Shown: positions 1 to 10,819, counted from the stretch's first letter. The stretch: 18,295 nucleotides of DNA from Ginkgo biloba (GCA_024626585.2 JANKJI020000004.1:73941626-73959920); one strand, 5' to 3'. The notes: generated by a model from the sequence alone, not told the origin. Program-made: numbers and translations.

Positions 1-339
1 GGTTGTGCAATGTGATAATGGTTTATTTTATTATGTTGTGTGAAAATGCCCTCAATATCATATTCCCATGGCCCAACATCTTCCATTCTAAAATCTTGTA
101 TGTCTTTTGCATGGACTCTATCCTTCCCTATGTTGGATACCATAAAATCTCTAAATTTGAAAGGGAATGAGTCGAAAGAATATTTCTTCCAATTTTAAGA
201 AATTTAGGATATATGTCTTGGATTTCTCAACATACCTCATATAATAGATTTGGTCATCTATATACTTTGGTAAGTGATACAGTTTTCCTTAAAAGTCATA
301 TAATTGCATATAAGAGTAATCTTTCTTTAGGTACCCATC

Positions 340-1147
340 TCAAATGCTTTTTAATGCTTCAATTGCCATTGAAATGTCACCTTGTTCAATGCCAAATCAT
401 CCAAAGGTCAAGCTATCTTGCCAAGAATTTTCAATAAATCACTGATGATAACCTATGCTACCTAAGAAGGCTAGTACTCCACCCAAGTGTCATGGTGACC
501 CCGTACATTAAACCACCTTAGCTTTATCGGGGTCTAACATTGATCCTTGTTTATAACCAATGTGAGCAAGGAATTTACAACTATGAACCAATGATTGGCA
601 TTTCCTATATTTAGAGCCAATCTCACTTTCCAACAAATATCCAAGTTCCTATATGACTGACAAATGAGTTTCTATTACTCCATAGACAGAATAGTCATCC
701 AAAAATATTTGTACCTTTCCTACTACATAATTCATAGACCAGTTGGACAATTATCCATTGAAGAGTAGCAGGTGTATTGCAAGATCCAAACCACATCGTG
801 TTATAAGCAAAAATGGCATGCTCTATTACACGTGGTCTTTATCTAATCTTCCAATGTAATAATCATATGGTTGTACCTTGAAGATCCTTCCAAAAATGAA
901 TAGATTTCATGATTAACCACTTTTAACAAAAGTCAAAGGAAATGGGCATCTTTTTATCACTACTTTAAGCTTCATAATCCATACAAATCCCGATTGTCCC
1001 ATTCTTTTCCACTGAAATCACAATAGGTGATGCCTATTCATTATTCTTTACTTCAAAAATGTTACCTACATCTAGGATTTTCAAAATCTCCCTCTCAACT
1101 TGATCTGCAAATTGTGGACTAGTCTGATATAATCGTTTACATGTTCA
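340..1147 (-). mobile_element. Degenerate Ty3/gypsy reverse transcriptase fragment
   Basis: Minus-strand translation with stops and frameshifts gives ordered RT motifs: VEREILKILDVG..NE*ASPIV, KNGTIGICMDY, NHEIYSFLEGSSRYNH..ED*IKTT, MPF, QIFLDDYSVYG (catalytic xxDD near 695-706), KFLAHIGYKQGSMLDPDK. Boundaries approximate. Confidence 0.88.
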
Positions 1148-1247
1148 NNNNNNNNNNNNNNNNNNNNNNNNNNNNNNNNNNNNNNNNNNNNNNNNNNNNN
1201 NNNNNNNNNNNNNNNNNNNNNNNNNNNNNNNNNNNNNNNNNNNNNNN

Positions 1248-1598
1248 TATCTCTTATCTATAAGCTAAGAGATCCAAGACTAAAGTCTTAGCCAAGATGA
1301 GAGTATACAGAGGGGCTAGACTTAATCATTGTAAGCAAGTTGTTTTTTTGGAATACAAGTCCCTTGTAGTTTTGATGGAGTATTTCATGCTATAAATGAA
1401 GATAAAGACTAACCCACTCTACACGTGATGGTGTTTCCTTGTTCTCTGTATTCCTTACTCATTACTACTGTCTATTCTTATTTCTTGCTATCTATTTTTC
1501 TACAAATAAAAGTGTCATTTTCCATAGTGTGGGCATCTCGTTGTTCATTACAACACGATTATTGAATAGCTAAGTACATTTTAGTGGTATGAGAGCCA
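1248..1598 (+). mobile_element. Probable 3' part of a 5' LTR plus primer-binding site (tRNA-iMet)
   Basis: TGGTATGAGAGCCA at 1585-1598 is one mismatch from the canonical plant PBS TGGTATCAGAGCCA. It is preceded by ...TACA (1575-1578), a candidate LTR end, though 6 nt from the PBS. TATAAAT near 1391 and AATAAA near 1506 lie upstream. Left boundary is an assembly gap. Confidence 0.55.
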
Positions 1599-1606
1599 AG
1601 ATCCTA

Positions 1607-3357
1607 CTACCATGGATGCTGAAATAATGATTGAAAAGAACCAATTGCCTTTGGAACCCTTCAGAAGTAGAGGATATAGGGACTACAATATCAACAAAAA
1701 GAAGGATGTCAATCAAGACATCATGAAGAAGACATCCATTGTCCATCTAGGTGGCATCCCGATTATGTTGCTCAAGTTCATCAATGAACAAGCCAAACAA
1801 AGTGGGTGAGAGAGGGCATCCCTACTTAACCCCAATAATGCTCAAGATGTTATGGAAAACCTATTTGGCTTACCCCCACTACTTGCTAATATAAGGTAAT
1901 AATCGCAGTGATAATGACATTTGAAATGCTTAGCTTATGTAGTCTCTCCATGAGGATATGTCTTAGCATTGTGTTAAAGGACTTTCAAATGCCGATATCT
2001 AGCCTCCTCAATGATTGCTTTGAGTGTAAGAATATGGGTAAGAATCTAGTAGTCTCGGTGGAAACCTACTCATCCCTTAGTTCTGATGCCTTCTCTGTCA
2101 GCCAACTTTGAGAAAATAGTGGAGTAGAGCTTGGCTAAAGTATGGTTGATCATGATGGTGTGATACTTCCTAGGATTTGATGCATCTCCTACTTTCAAGA
2201 TTGGGTGTCTTATGTTCAAGGTCTAAGAGTGGGGGAAGCCTAAATAAAAGATCTCATTAAATAGGCGTATAATGGGTAAGGCAAGTGTATTGGTAACATG
2301 TTTGAGAAATGTTGATGTCTCAATTTTACCATTTTTGGAGTTTATAAATGGCTTTCTAGACTTGATCTCGGGTAATGAAAAGACACGATGTAAGATGGGG
2401 TGGACTTGGCATAGCGAGTTGGTTAGGATTATGGTAGAGGGCGAAAGCATGAACATTCCTTTTTTTAGGATTGGACAAGTGACAAGAGGGCTTACATGGC
2501 ATAATGTTTTTGTAGAAAAGCTTGGGTTGATCTTCTAGGAAGTGGACAGTCTTGACCCTTCTTAGAGACACGAAACATTGCTTCTTGCACCTAAGATGGT
2601 ATCAATATTTTTTTTGGTTTCCTTGGCAATTTTCTAGATAGCTAAAGGTCTCCTCTTTTTAGTTTTAGTGCTTTTTTTTTTTTTTTTGTCAAACCATTTA
2701 TTTCCAAGACGTAATCCAAATATAGAGGAGGCTGTGGGAGAGGAGTAGTGATATGCCAAATTTGGGAAAGTTTCCAAGGTTGCTTTGCAAAGCGACCGAG
2801 TGAGGAAGTCTGTGTTCGCTTTGGTCAAGTGTAAAGAGTAAAATTTGGGTAAGAAGTGAGCTATGTAGGTTTGATACTCCTTGTCATGAGCATGGTCAAA
2901 ATCTATGATGGTACTAGGATGGGAGTATGAAGGTGGTAGAGAGTGGGGAGGACATGGCAATCCATGGGCGAAGGGTCATGGAGTGTGAAGGCTATAAAGG
3001 TGTGGTCTGCAAGTGGAAGGTGAGGAGATATGTGGGGGTTTGCTATGGTATGTAAAGTGGTCAAATTGGCAAGGGCATAGTCAACCATACTAGCTTCTCC
3101 TACATGGTCGTAACATGCGTATGCATTGGAAGCAAGGAATCTCGAAGACCATTCAAAATAAACAAGTCATGTGACTCCCTAAGGTCGAAGAGGTGTTGTC
3201 CAAGGTGGAGATTCCTTATGAGTCCTCTGACTGCCTATCTAGGTCAAACTTTGAGTGGTCCAGCTAGTGCATAGCTCGTCCTTTGAGACATCATGCTTTA
3301 GGGTATATCCCTATACAGGTATTAAATCCCCCCACTAAGATGACCTTGTTATAGCCT
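1607..3357 (-). mobile_element. Degenerate non-LTR retrotransposon (LINE, RTE-like) endonuclease-RT fragment, truncated at both ends
   Basis: Ordered motifs on the minus strand: KVILVGGFNTCIG (APE GDFN motif, about 3310-3348), TCYDHVGEASMVDYAL (APE S.xDY), NKWFD, ALPIIRLFNEIFYLGFPHS*TLNIRHPILKVGDASNPRKYHTIMINHTLAKLY, KSFNTMLRHILMERL, IGVK*GCPLSPTLFGLFIDEL, ILLFVDIVV (FADD decayed), EGFQRQL. Multiple stops and frameshifts. Confidence 0.88.
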
Positions 3358-4695
3358 AGTCAACCCGAGTCAAAGGAAAGTCAAACTTGGTCAAAGGAGT
3401 TTGACTTTGAGAAAACACCAAATAAACCCTTAACAATAAGGAAAAAGGTCAAAAGGAAGCTTAATTGGGAGTTAAGCATGCTAATACTGAAATTAGTAGT
3501 TAATAGTGATGGTGGGACCCNNNNNNNNNNNNNNNNNNNNNNNNNNNNNNNNNNNNNNNNNNNNNNNNNNNNNNNNNNNNNNNNNNNNNNNNNNNNNNNN
3601 NNNNNNNNNNNNNNNNNNNNACGGGGAATGTTATTAGCAACATTGATTTGCATCTCTTCTCCATTACAAATCTTCCTTTTACTTGCAAGCATCCCTGCAA
3701 TTTATTGGTGATAAGTAGATGGTTTTTCAAATTGGTCATGTGACAATTATGTCATTGTAGATAGGTTTTATTGATCTACACTCTATATTAGACAAATCAT
3801 TAAAGGATCTCTTTTTGCTAATGCCACACAAGCCTCCTTGATCTTCTACAATGGAATTTACTTACCATTAGCACTGAGCACAAGTCTTTATCATCCATAG
3901 TCAACTCTCAAATAGAGTTATGCATTCTATGAAGATGATTTCACTTCAAGATTTAAAGCCATGGGCCAATGGGCAACCATGCTTGGATACACACCTCATG
4001 TCAACAATAAGCATGGATCACATTTTAAATAATTGTCAACCATATATGATATGTTGGCAATGACATAGGAGAGATCATCTACAACATTACCATTAAATGG
4101 CACTTGTACCTAGGACATAATGGCAATTACTGGTGATGGCATCGTGACTTTACCTATGGCCAAAGCAATCCCAAGACATAAGGGACTAGAACAAACTATT
4201 ATATGTCATTGATATTCTGGTTAACCTAGCTCGGGCAATGCAAGCAGTCTTTCATGCCCTGCTTTGAGAGACATCACATCCCCATGTATATCGACATGTA
4301 ACGTCTTATATTCATAATTTATTATCTTTTTGGCTTTTGCCATTTTGAAGGGTTTGACACTTTGACCTCCACCGTGATGCTTTACAATTCTTATCTCACA
4401 ATAAATTTGTATGCTCAGCGGTTAGTTCAAAGAAGTGTTCCAAGTTGCCCAACCATTTGAGCACATTACAAGTCCTACTAGTTGTGGGGGAAACAAATAG
4501 GACCTTGACTATGGAGGTATTACGCTTACCTTGGTGGCCCCTACCTCATGATTTGTGGTTTATGCATGTTGTTAGGTATTGTGCCCTTGTGGCTTTTGCA
4601 TTGCCCATTATTCTACTACCCATCTAGGCATTACACTTATTTTTTAGATGAGCACATTAAGAATGATGACTAGCTACTAGCTAACCTTTGGTCTC

Positions 4696-4763
4696 TCTCC
4701 TGGAGAAGTTTTAGTACAAGGTTCCATAATCTCCTAGAGAAGTTTTAGTATGAGGTTTCGTGA
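4696..4763. repeat. Tandem duplication, 2 x 34 bp
   Basis: tctcctggagaagttttagtacaaggttccataa (4696-4729) vs tctcctagagaagttttagtatgaggtttcgtga (4730-4763); 28/34 identical. Confidence 0.85.
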
Positions 4764-4859
4764 TTATGCAATCAAACCACCCAATTTTGTCGCAATATTG
4801 TCCTTTTCAACAAAAAAAGAGGGCAGAACCTTGTGACAAAAAGGCAAGTTCGGCAAGCA

Positions 4860-5750
4860 CTTATACATAGAAAAATTCAACTAGGAGATGAGGAAGAACT
4901 TTTGTTTGTTGTAACTAAAGAGTCCACATCTCACGCTATGGTTTGGGCTAATAGTCCAAGACTACAACATGAAGTATCATGATGTGTTTGACAAACATTA
5001 TGTGCAGAAAATCAATGCAAAGTTGATTTCCAAATACATTGTGGGACTCTACACCCATCTGAGGCAAGGATTAGAGTTACTATCTATCATAACATTAAAA
5101 GAAGCCTGCCAATTTCCTATGAAAAAAGAGCCCAAGGTGAGCACAAGTCTTATTCCGCTTGTACATCTTTCAAACAAAAGTCTAGGTACCACTCAAATGC
5201 AAGTATAGCCCCAACCATTAGTAGGTAAAATAAAAGAGATTGGTCGAACAATGAGAAATTTACCACCAAGTTTTAAAAATACAAAACGAATTTCACCCAT
5301 CATCTGAAGTCACATCAAACGCAATTGTATTTGGATCTCTGAAGAATAGGATATAGTCATATTTCAATCAACTCTTCATCATTGAGCTTGGGATACTCTC
5401 ATTCTAAACAATAAATACCACCAATTGATAATCTTGCATTCTGCAAGAACACCCCCACCACTCTTATTGTGACAGATACATAAGTTGATCTATAATTTCC
5501 ATCTATCCCAATGCATCCTCACTCTCAACATCATGCAACATTCTGTTGCACCACTATTACTGGATTCATAAAAGCCAAAGTGCATTGATGTAGCCAAGTA
5601 GCTTTACTTCACTAACAACCTTGGAGTGTTACCAACTCTTTTCCTTGGCGATTGTCTTCATTCCATCCATGACAATGCAAAGGGGATTTTAAGGGAGTCA
5701 TTATATTTTTCAGTGCATAATATGGAGCAGAATTTCCATAAAAAGAACAA
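4860..5750 (+). mobile_element. Highly degenerate Ty3/gypsy gag (possibly into protease) remnant
   Basis: IVQDYNMKYH and KYIVGLYTHLRQGLELLSIITLKEACQFPMKKEPK (ORF 4969-5208) resemble retrotransposon gag motifs Q..VQEY..EF and KYIxGL...IR.EL....I.TL..A...A.K.E.K. A weaker protease-like W-I-H-K-S-Q lies near 5561. Boundaries approximate. Confidence 0.45.
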
Positions 5751-5984
5751 AGTAAAAATCCAGAGGAAAGGTGTCAATAAGTAGCCAAAATGAATTTTCA
5801 TGTTAAACCCTATCCATACAAGTTGGATGCCTACAAGAAGTACAAATAAGCCTGTGGAGAGTTGATAACAATGAAACCACATACTANNNNNNNNNNNNNN
5901 NNNNNNNNNNNNNNNNNNNNNNNNNNNNNNNNNNNNNNNNNNNNNNNNNNNNNNNNNNNNNNNNNNNNNNNNNNNNNNNNNNNN

Positions 5985-6500
5985 ATGAAGAAGAGAAAGA
6001 TAATACTTTTCCATAAAATAATTTTGAGCTAATATTTAGTGTGTTGTTTATGTAGTAAATTGCATGTTTCTTCTTATCTTCATCCTCTTGCTTTATAAAT
6101 TTTGATAGCATATGTTTTAAGGAATAGAGATATAAAATCAAAATATCTTGAGAAGTTAGGTAGTTGGAAGTTGGGTGCTATAGTGAGAGCTAATTTATGA
6201 TCTTTAAGGAAATCTAAGCCTTATAATCCCATTTCAAAAGGATATTATTCCTGAGAAGATAAAACAATCATTCTAATTTTAGTAAAAGTCCTATATAAAT
6301 GTCCTCATCTAATTAGCTATTCTTTGAAAGATTTGAATTATTTTAACCATACCAAGTAGTGACATTTTTATAATTTATTTAATTTTATTTGGGTCAATGG
6401 AGATATGTTTTCTATAAAGAACACATCCCAATAAAAAACCAATATATACAAGAAAATACACTTTAAAGTATTAAGGCTAATCCTATATTTATAACATTAA
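5985..6500 (-). mobile_element. Degenerate Ty3/gypsy RT C-terminus to RNase H fragment (very AT-rich)
   Basis: YRISLNTLKCIF, SIDPK, KIIQIFQRIAN*MRTFI*DF, KLALTIAPNFQLPNFSRYF, ILYLYSLKHMLSKFIKQEDEDKKKHAIYYINNTL and MEKYYLSL follow the gypsy order SLNPKKC / IDP.K / FLG..NY.RRFI / AP.L..P / EH.IYY.SK.L / EK.CLAL. Confidence 0.72.
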
Positions 6501-6853
6501 TAAAAAAAAACATTCACTTTCTTCAAGGTTATCCTCCTCGTTGTCCAGCTCTTCTTGGACCATGGTAGCCCAACCAACTTGCCTTGTAGCTGCAAAATTA
6601 AGTTGGTAGTTGCAGCCCAAAGCTATCTGACAACAAATCCTTATGCTGCATACTGAGGGATTCAACAGGTTGATAATCAGTTAAGATAACATTCTGCTCA
6701 TTAAGGTCCATTGTAAGACAACACATTCTTGAGACAGTTGTAGACAAACCAAGGGGCCTGGAATATCCATTGCCTTGTGAAAGTATCTATTGAGTAGCAA
6801 ATACCAATCCGATCCATTCAACAAATGCAGTGATTTACAAAGAGAGTCATTAC

Positions 6854-6981
6854 CTAACTCCTTCGTGATGAGAGCATGTAAGATGCACTAATGCTTCGAG
6901 TGCACCTACTTCTTGTCCCACAGCAGCATTGTTGCCATTGCTGTCCCCGTGAGCTGCCAAATTAGCTAAAGCACGAGCAGC
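6854..6981 (-). CDS. ARABIDILLO: ARABIDILLO-like protein, exon E (ARM repeat; not in the ORF track in this frame)
   Basis: 128 nt, ttttgacag|GCT...GTT AG|GTAATG (phase 2, split Arg codon). Encodes AARALANLAAHGDSNGNNAAVGQEVGALEALVHLTCSHHEGV(R). Confidence 0.95.
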
Positions 6982-7215
6982 CTGTCAAAAATGATAAGAT
7001 AATTATTGTCAATTGAACATCAAAAAGTACAATTTGGTGATAATACATGGGCCAAATCCATGGAAAAAGCAGACTACAGGAACAAGCAAAAAGTGAATCC
7101 TTGATTGAATATATCTTGCTTAGACTTCTTGAAGGAACAGAGCTACCATTTAATTGATAAAACAAGAAATTGTTGCCATCAAACTTGAAATAAATGCCAA
7201 TAGACTCCAGATATT

Positions 7216-7507
7216 GGTTCTAAGATTCACCATCAGCAATGTTGTAAGCAAGCACAAAATACACTTCATTGAATTATAAAAACTGGAAGCATATGTGATG
7301 CTGACCTCTATCTATGAAAGTCCAGGCATAGCCTCAAAAGGGTGAAGAAACAGCTACAGATGCCGGGTTATAAAATTCACCACCAGGAATGCCCATAAGC
7401 AAGCATAAAATACAATTCATTGGATAATAGAAATTGCAAGCATATGAGATGATCTGCATTTATGAAAATCCAGGCTAAACCACAAAAAGGTCAAGCAACT
7501 GCTTACA
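7216..7507. repeat. Diverged tandem duplication, about 150 bp unit, in intron D-E
   Basis: ggttctaagattcaccatcagcaat...taagcaagcacaaaatacacttcattg...aagcatatgtgatg...tatgaaagtccaggc (from 7216) recurs as ggttataaaattcaccaccaggaat...taagcaagcataaaatacaattcattg...aagcatatgagatg...tatgaaaatccaggc (from 7366). Confidence 0.85.
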
Positions 7508-8597
7508 ATTTTACAAATTCTAAAACAGTCAGATATGAAAGATGACCAACAAATGAGGTTAGTTAAGTTGAATTAGCTGATTGTTGCCTTCTAGGCATGT
7601 GGTTGCCGATAAATAGGAAACATTTTTGTATTCAAAGTTAAAAAAGGTTATGCACAAGAAAGAATACATCATTGTTTTAGATCAGCACCATGTCAAATGT
7701 GCCATATATATTGTGTAATCTATAAAGATGGGATTGTGCAAATCACTTGAGAAAGGAACAGCATCCCCTACCTAGTTTCTCATCTTTCCAAATTTCTAAT
7801 TCACGAAACATTTTGGAATAGAGTGAGAAGTACAGAGCACAGTTTTACAACCATATTCAAATTGTCTGAGCAGTGTCTTGTGCCAGCCTAGCACCTAAAA
7901 ATGGCTTTCCTTCTGCAAACATGTCACCGACAAAAATGATTTTTGCTCTTTACGTTTCCTGAGAAGAATTGCTCACATCTTTTAACTTGAACTGATGAAT
8001 CAACAATTTTGATACCCAAGAAAATAGCACGACATCACCTAATGAGAATCATGACTCTGAACTGGGCAGTGTGGCTTCAATTATGGGTCCAATTTTACCA
8101 AAAAATGATTTTGACTTTGGTGCTTGACCAAGGATCCTTTAATTTACAGCTTCCTCCGGAAGGGGGGGTTTGGCATATGTTCTATTAAGAAAGGAGCTTA
8201 ACTGTTTTGCTTGACAGTCTCTGAATGCTATGTCATCACTATCCTTCAATTGTTTAGTTGTGTGCTACTGAAAACTGACAATTATGTCGGATAATGAATG
8301 AAAAGTTGGCTAGTTACAAGCACTTACTATATTGTATTAGCATCTTCCATCTCTAGTGAGGCAGGTATTACTTCTGCAAGGTATGGTCTTTTGTCATTAT
8401 GATCTAATATTTGATGACTGAATACATAACCAATCACAAACAAGAAAACAAAGAATGCATGGCAACTTAACTTTTCTCATATCCATTCACAAAAAAAAAA
8501 AAAAAACTCTTTTATGTGAAACTTTCAAGGACGAACTTAAATCAAAATTTTATACATCATCTCAAAAAGATGTAACTGGAAGGACAATCCTATTTTA

Positions 8598-9153
8598 ATT
8601 GCAGCACTTCACTACTGAAATGAAAGNNNNNNNNNNNNNNNNNNNNNNNNNNNNNNNNNNNNNNNNNNNNNNNNNNNNNNNNNNNNNNNNNNNNNNNNNN
8701 NNNNNNNNNNNNNNNNNNNNNNNNNNCGACTCAAGACTGCTTCTAGCGCTAAAATAATTGACTTTCTGGAAACTAACATTATTACAAGGTTTGGTGTACC
8801 CAACAACATCACGACAAATAATGCTAGTGTATTCCAATTAGTAGAACTTATGAGTTTTTGTTCTGAGAATAATATTCTTCTCTCTCACTCTTCAAATTAC
8901 TATCTGCAAGGTAATGGCCTTGTTGAATCCAGCAACAAAAATCTCTCGAGGATCATCAAGAAAACAGTTGGAGATAACAAGAGTTCGTGGGATGGTAAGT
9001 TGAAGTTTGTATTGTGGGCAGAGCGTATTACCAAGAAACGGTCCACTGGCAAGAGCCTGTTTGAGCTTGTGTATGGTCTGGATGTGGTTTTGCCAATGAA
9101 TCTTAAATTGTCGGTATGTAAACTATTGCAGCACTTCACTACTGAAATGAAAG
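8598..9153. repeat. Exact 29-nt direct repeat (8598-8626 and 9125-9153) bracketing a gap and the integrase fragment
   Basis: attgcagcacttcactactgaaatgaaag is present at both positions. Confidence 0.92.
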
Positions 9154-9158
9154 GCTGA
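8727..9158 (+). mobile_element. Ty3/gypsy integrase core (rve) fragment inside intron D-E, antisense to the host gene
   Basis: Open frame from the gap edge: ...IIDFLETNIITRFGVPNNITTNNASVF...LSHSSNYYLQGNGLVESSNKNLSRIIKKTV..WDGKLKFVLWAERITKKRSTGKSLFELVYG..VLP. Classic RFGxP / TDN / YPQGNGxAESxNK motifs; the second catalytic Asp is replaced by Asn. Confidence 0.93.
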
Positions 9159-9687
9159 GAACCAGAAAGATACAATGAGAGCTGACCCTAATTGTACATA
9201 TAGTTGAAAGGATATCTAGAAGCTGATACAGGAGCAAGAAAGAATGGAGATAAGGATAGCAGGTGAAGGTAACACAGAGTAGAACACAAAAAAAAATAGA
9301 ACACTTTGTAGTGTTGTCCTACTTCCAGGCAGGTTACATTAACAGTTAGCATGTAAAATTGAAATGAGTGTTAATCTTTCAACATTTATAGATAATGGAA
9401 TACAAAACTCGGATATAAGTGTCACATAATTTGACACAGTAAAATACTAAAAAAGAATTGAAAGGAAGGGAAAAAGTTGCACACAATCTGAAAAACTAAC
9501 ATGGTAGGCATGGTAAAAATTATATTTCCAAATTGTATTTCTTACAGCAAGGAGCAACATCTGCCAATAAATCATTACTGCGAAACTTTGAACACTATCA
9601 AGATTCCATCTGCTGCTAAATGCCTCCATATGAGATCATGAGTGCAGAACAAGGAAAATAATGCAGAGACGGTATCTTTTCAGGTAC

Positions 9688-9819
9688 CTGTTCCTGGACT
9701 CCCTCATGTTTATTGAAACGAGCGAGCATAACTAAAGCATGAACACCTCCTGCCATCGCAACCTCCATACTACATTTGTCATCAGCAGCCAGATTAGCAA
9801 GTGCACCAGCAGCTCGTTC
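9688..9819 (-). CDS. ARABIDILLO: ARABIDILLO-like protein, exon D (ARM repeat)
   Basis: 132 nt, atgcag|GAA...CAG|GTACCT. Encodes ERAAGALANLAADDKCSMEVAMAGGVHALVMLARFNKHEGVQEQ. Confidence 0.96.
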
Positions 9820-10320
9820 CTGCATTCCCCAAGCANNNNNNNNNNNNNNNNNNNNNNNNNNNNNNNNNNNNNNNNNNNNNNNNNNNNNNNNNNNNATCCA
9901 ACAAGATGGAGAAAACAAAGAAAAAATCTCCACATTTGATTAGTTAATTAAAAGAGAAGAGAAGAAAACATTGACAGTCCTGGTGAAGAGAAAGCCTAAT
10001 CTGTCTTCTGACTGTATGAAGTGGGCAAAGAAAGCCTCCATGGAAAAACCATGGATGGTCAAAGAAGGGTAGGTAACCTGCATGTGTAGCACTAAGCATC
10101 TTTGTCTAGCACTCCACCAACACAAAATATTAACCAAGGTAAAAATATGNNNNNNNNNNNNNNNNNNNNNNNNNNNNNNNNNNNNNNNNNNNNNNNNNNN
10201 NNNNNNNNNNNNNNNNNNNNNNNNNNNNNNNNNNNNNNNNNNNNNNNNNATATAGGATATCATTTCGAACAAATCGAAACCATTATTCTTGGTAATGTCC
10301 TTGTCCTTGCCAATGATCTA

Positions 10321-10497
10321 ACAACATTCATATAAAGTAACTTGATATTAAAAGAAGCATTAGTAATTGTAAGAAGTTATGATTGTTTCTTTGCTCAACG
10401 ATGTCGTTAAGCCTCCCTAACGAACCAACAACATTCATATAAAGTAACTCAATATTAAAAGAAGCATTGGTTAACATAAGAAATTATGATTCTTTCT
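10321..10497. repeat. Tandem duplication, 107 bp period, second copy runs into a gap
   Basis: acaacattcatataaagtaact..atattaaaagaagcatt...taagaa.ttatgatt.tttct starts at both 10321 and 10428. Confidence 0.85.
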
Positions 10498-10819
10498 NNN
10501 NNNNNNNNNNNNNNNNNNNNNNNNNNNNNNNNNNNNNNNNNNNNNNNNNTATCAATTTCACAAGTTGATAACTATTCATTTCTCCTTGCACTAACACAAA
10601 GGCCCCTTCCTCCTTAACATTGAAATCGATTTTCACATCATCTATCAATTGTCATTATTGTTCCAGGTAAATATGGTAACAATTTTTACAAGATGAGATG
10701 CTTTCAGAGCATTTTAATTTGCCACAAATGATGGACAATCTTCCTCTTAGACAATTGTTCCTTNNNNNNNNNNNNNNNNNNNNNNNNNNNNNNNNNNNNN
10801 NNNNNNNNNNNNNNNNNNN

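Noticed and set aside
1612-1809. ORF right after the PBS that could be a gag start
   Set aside because: It is the antisense shadow of the LINE RT; the minus strand reads GCPLSPTLFGLFIDEL...LLFVDIVV.
3621-4690. Region with coding-like composition between the LINE and the gag remnant
   Set aside because: No recognisable motif in the frames I examined. Probably decayed TE, but I cannot support a call.
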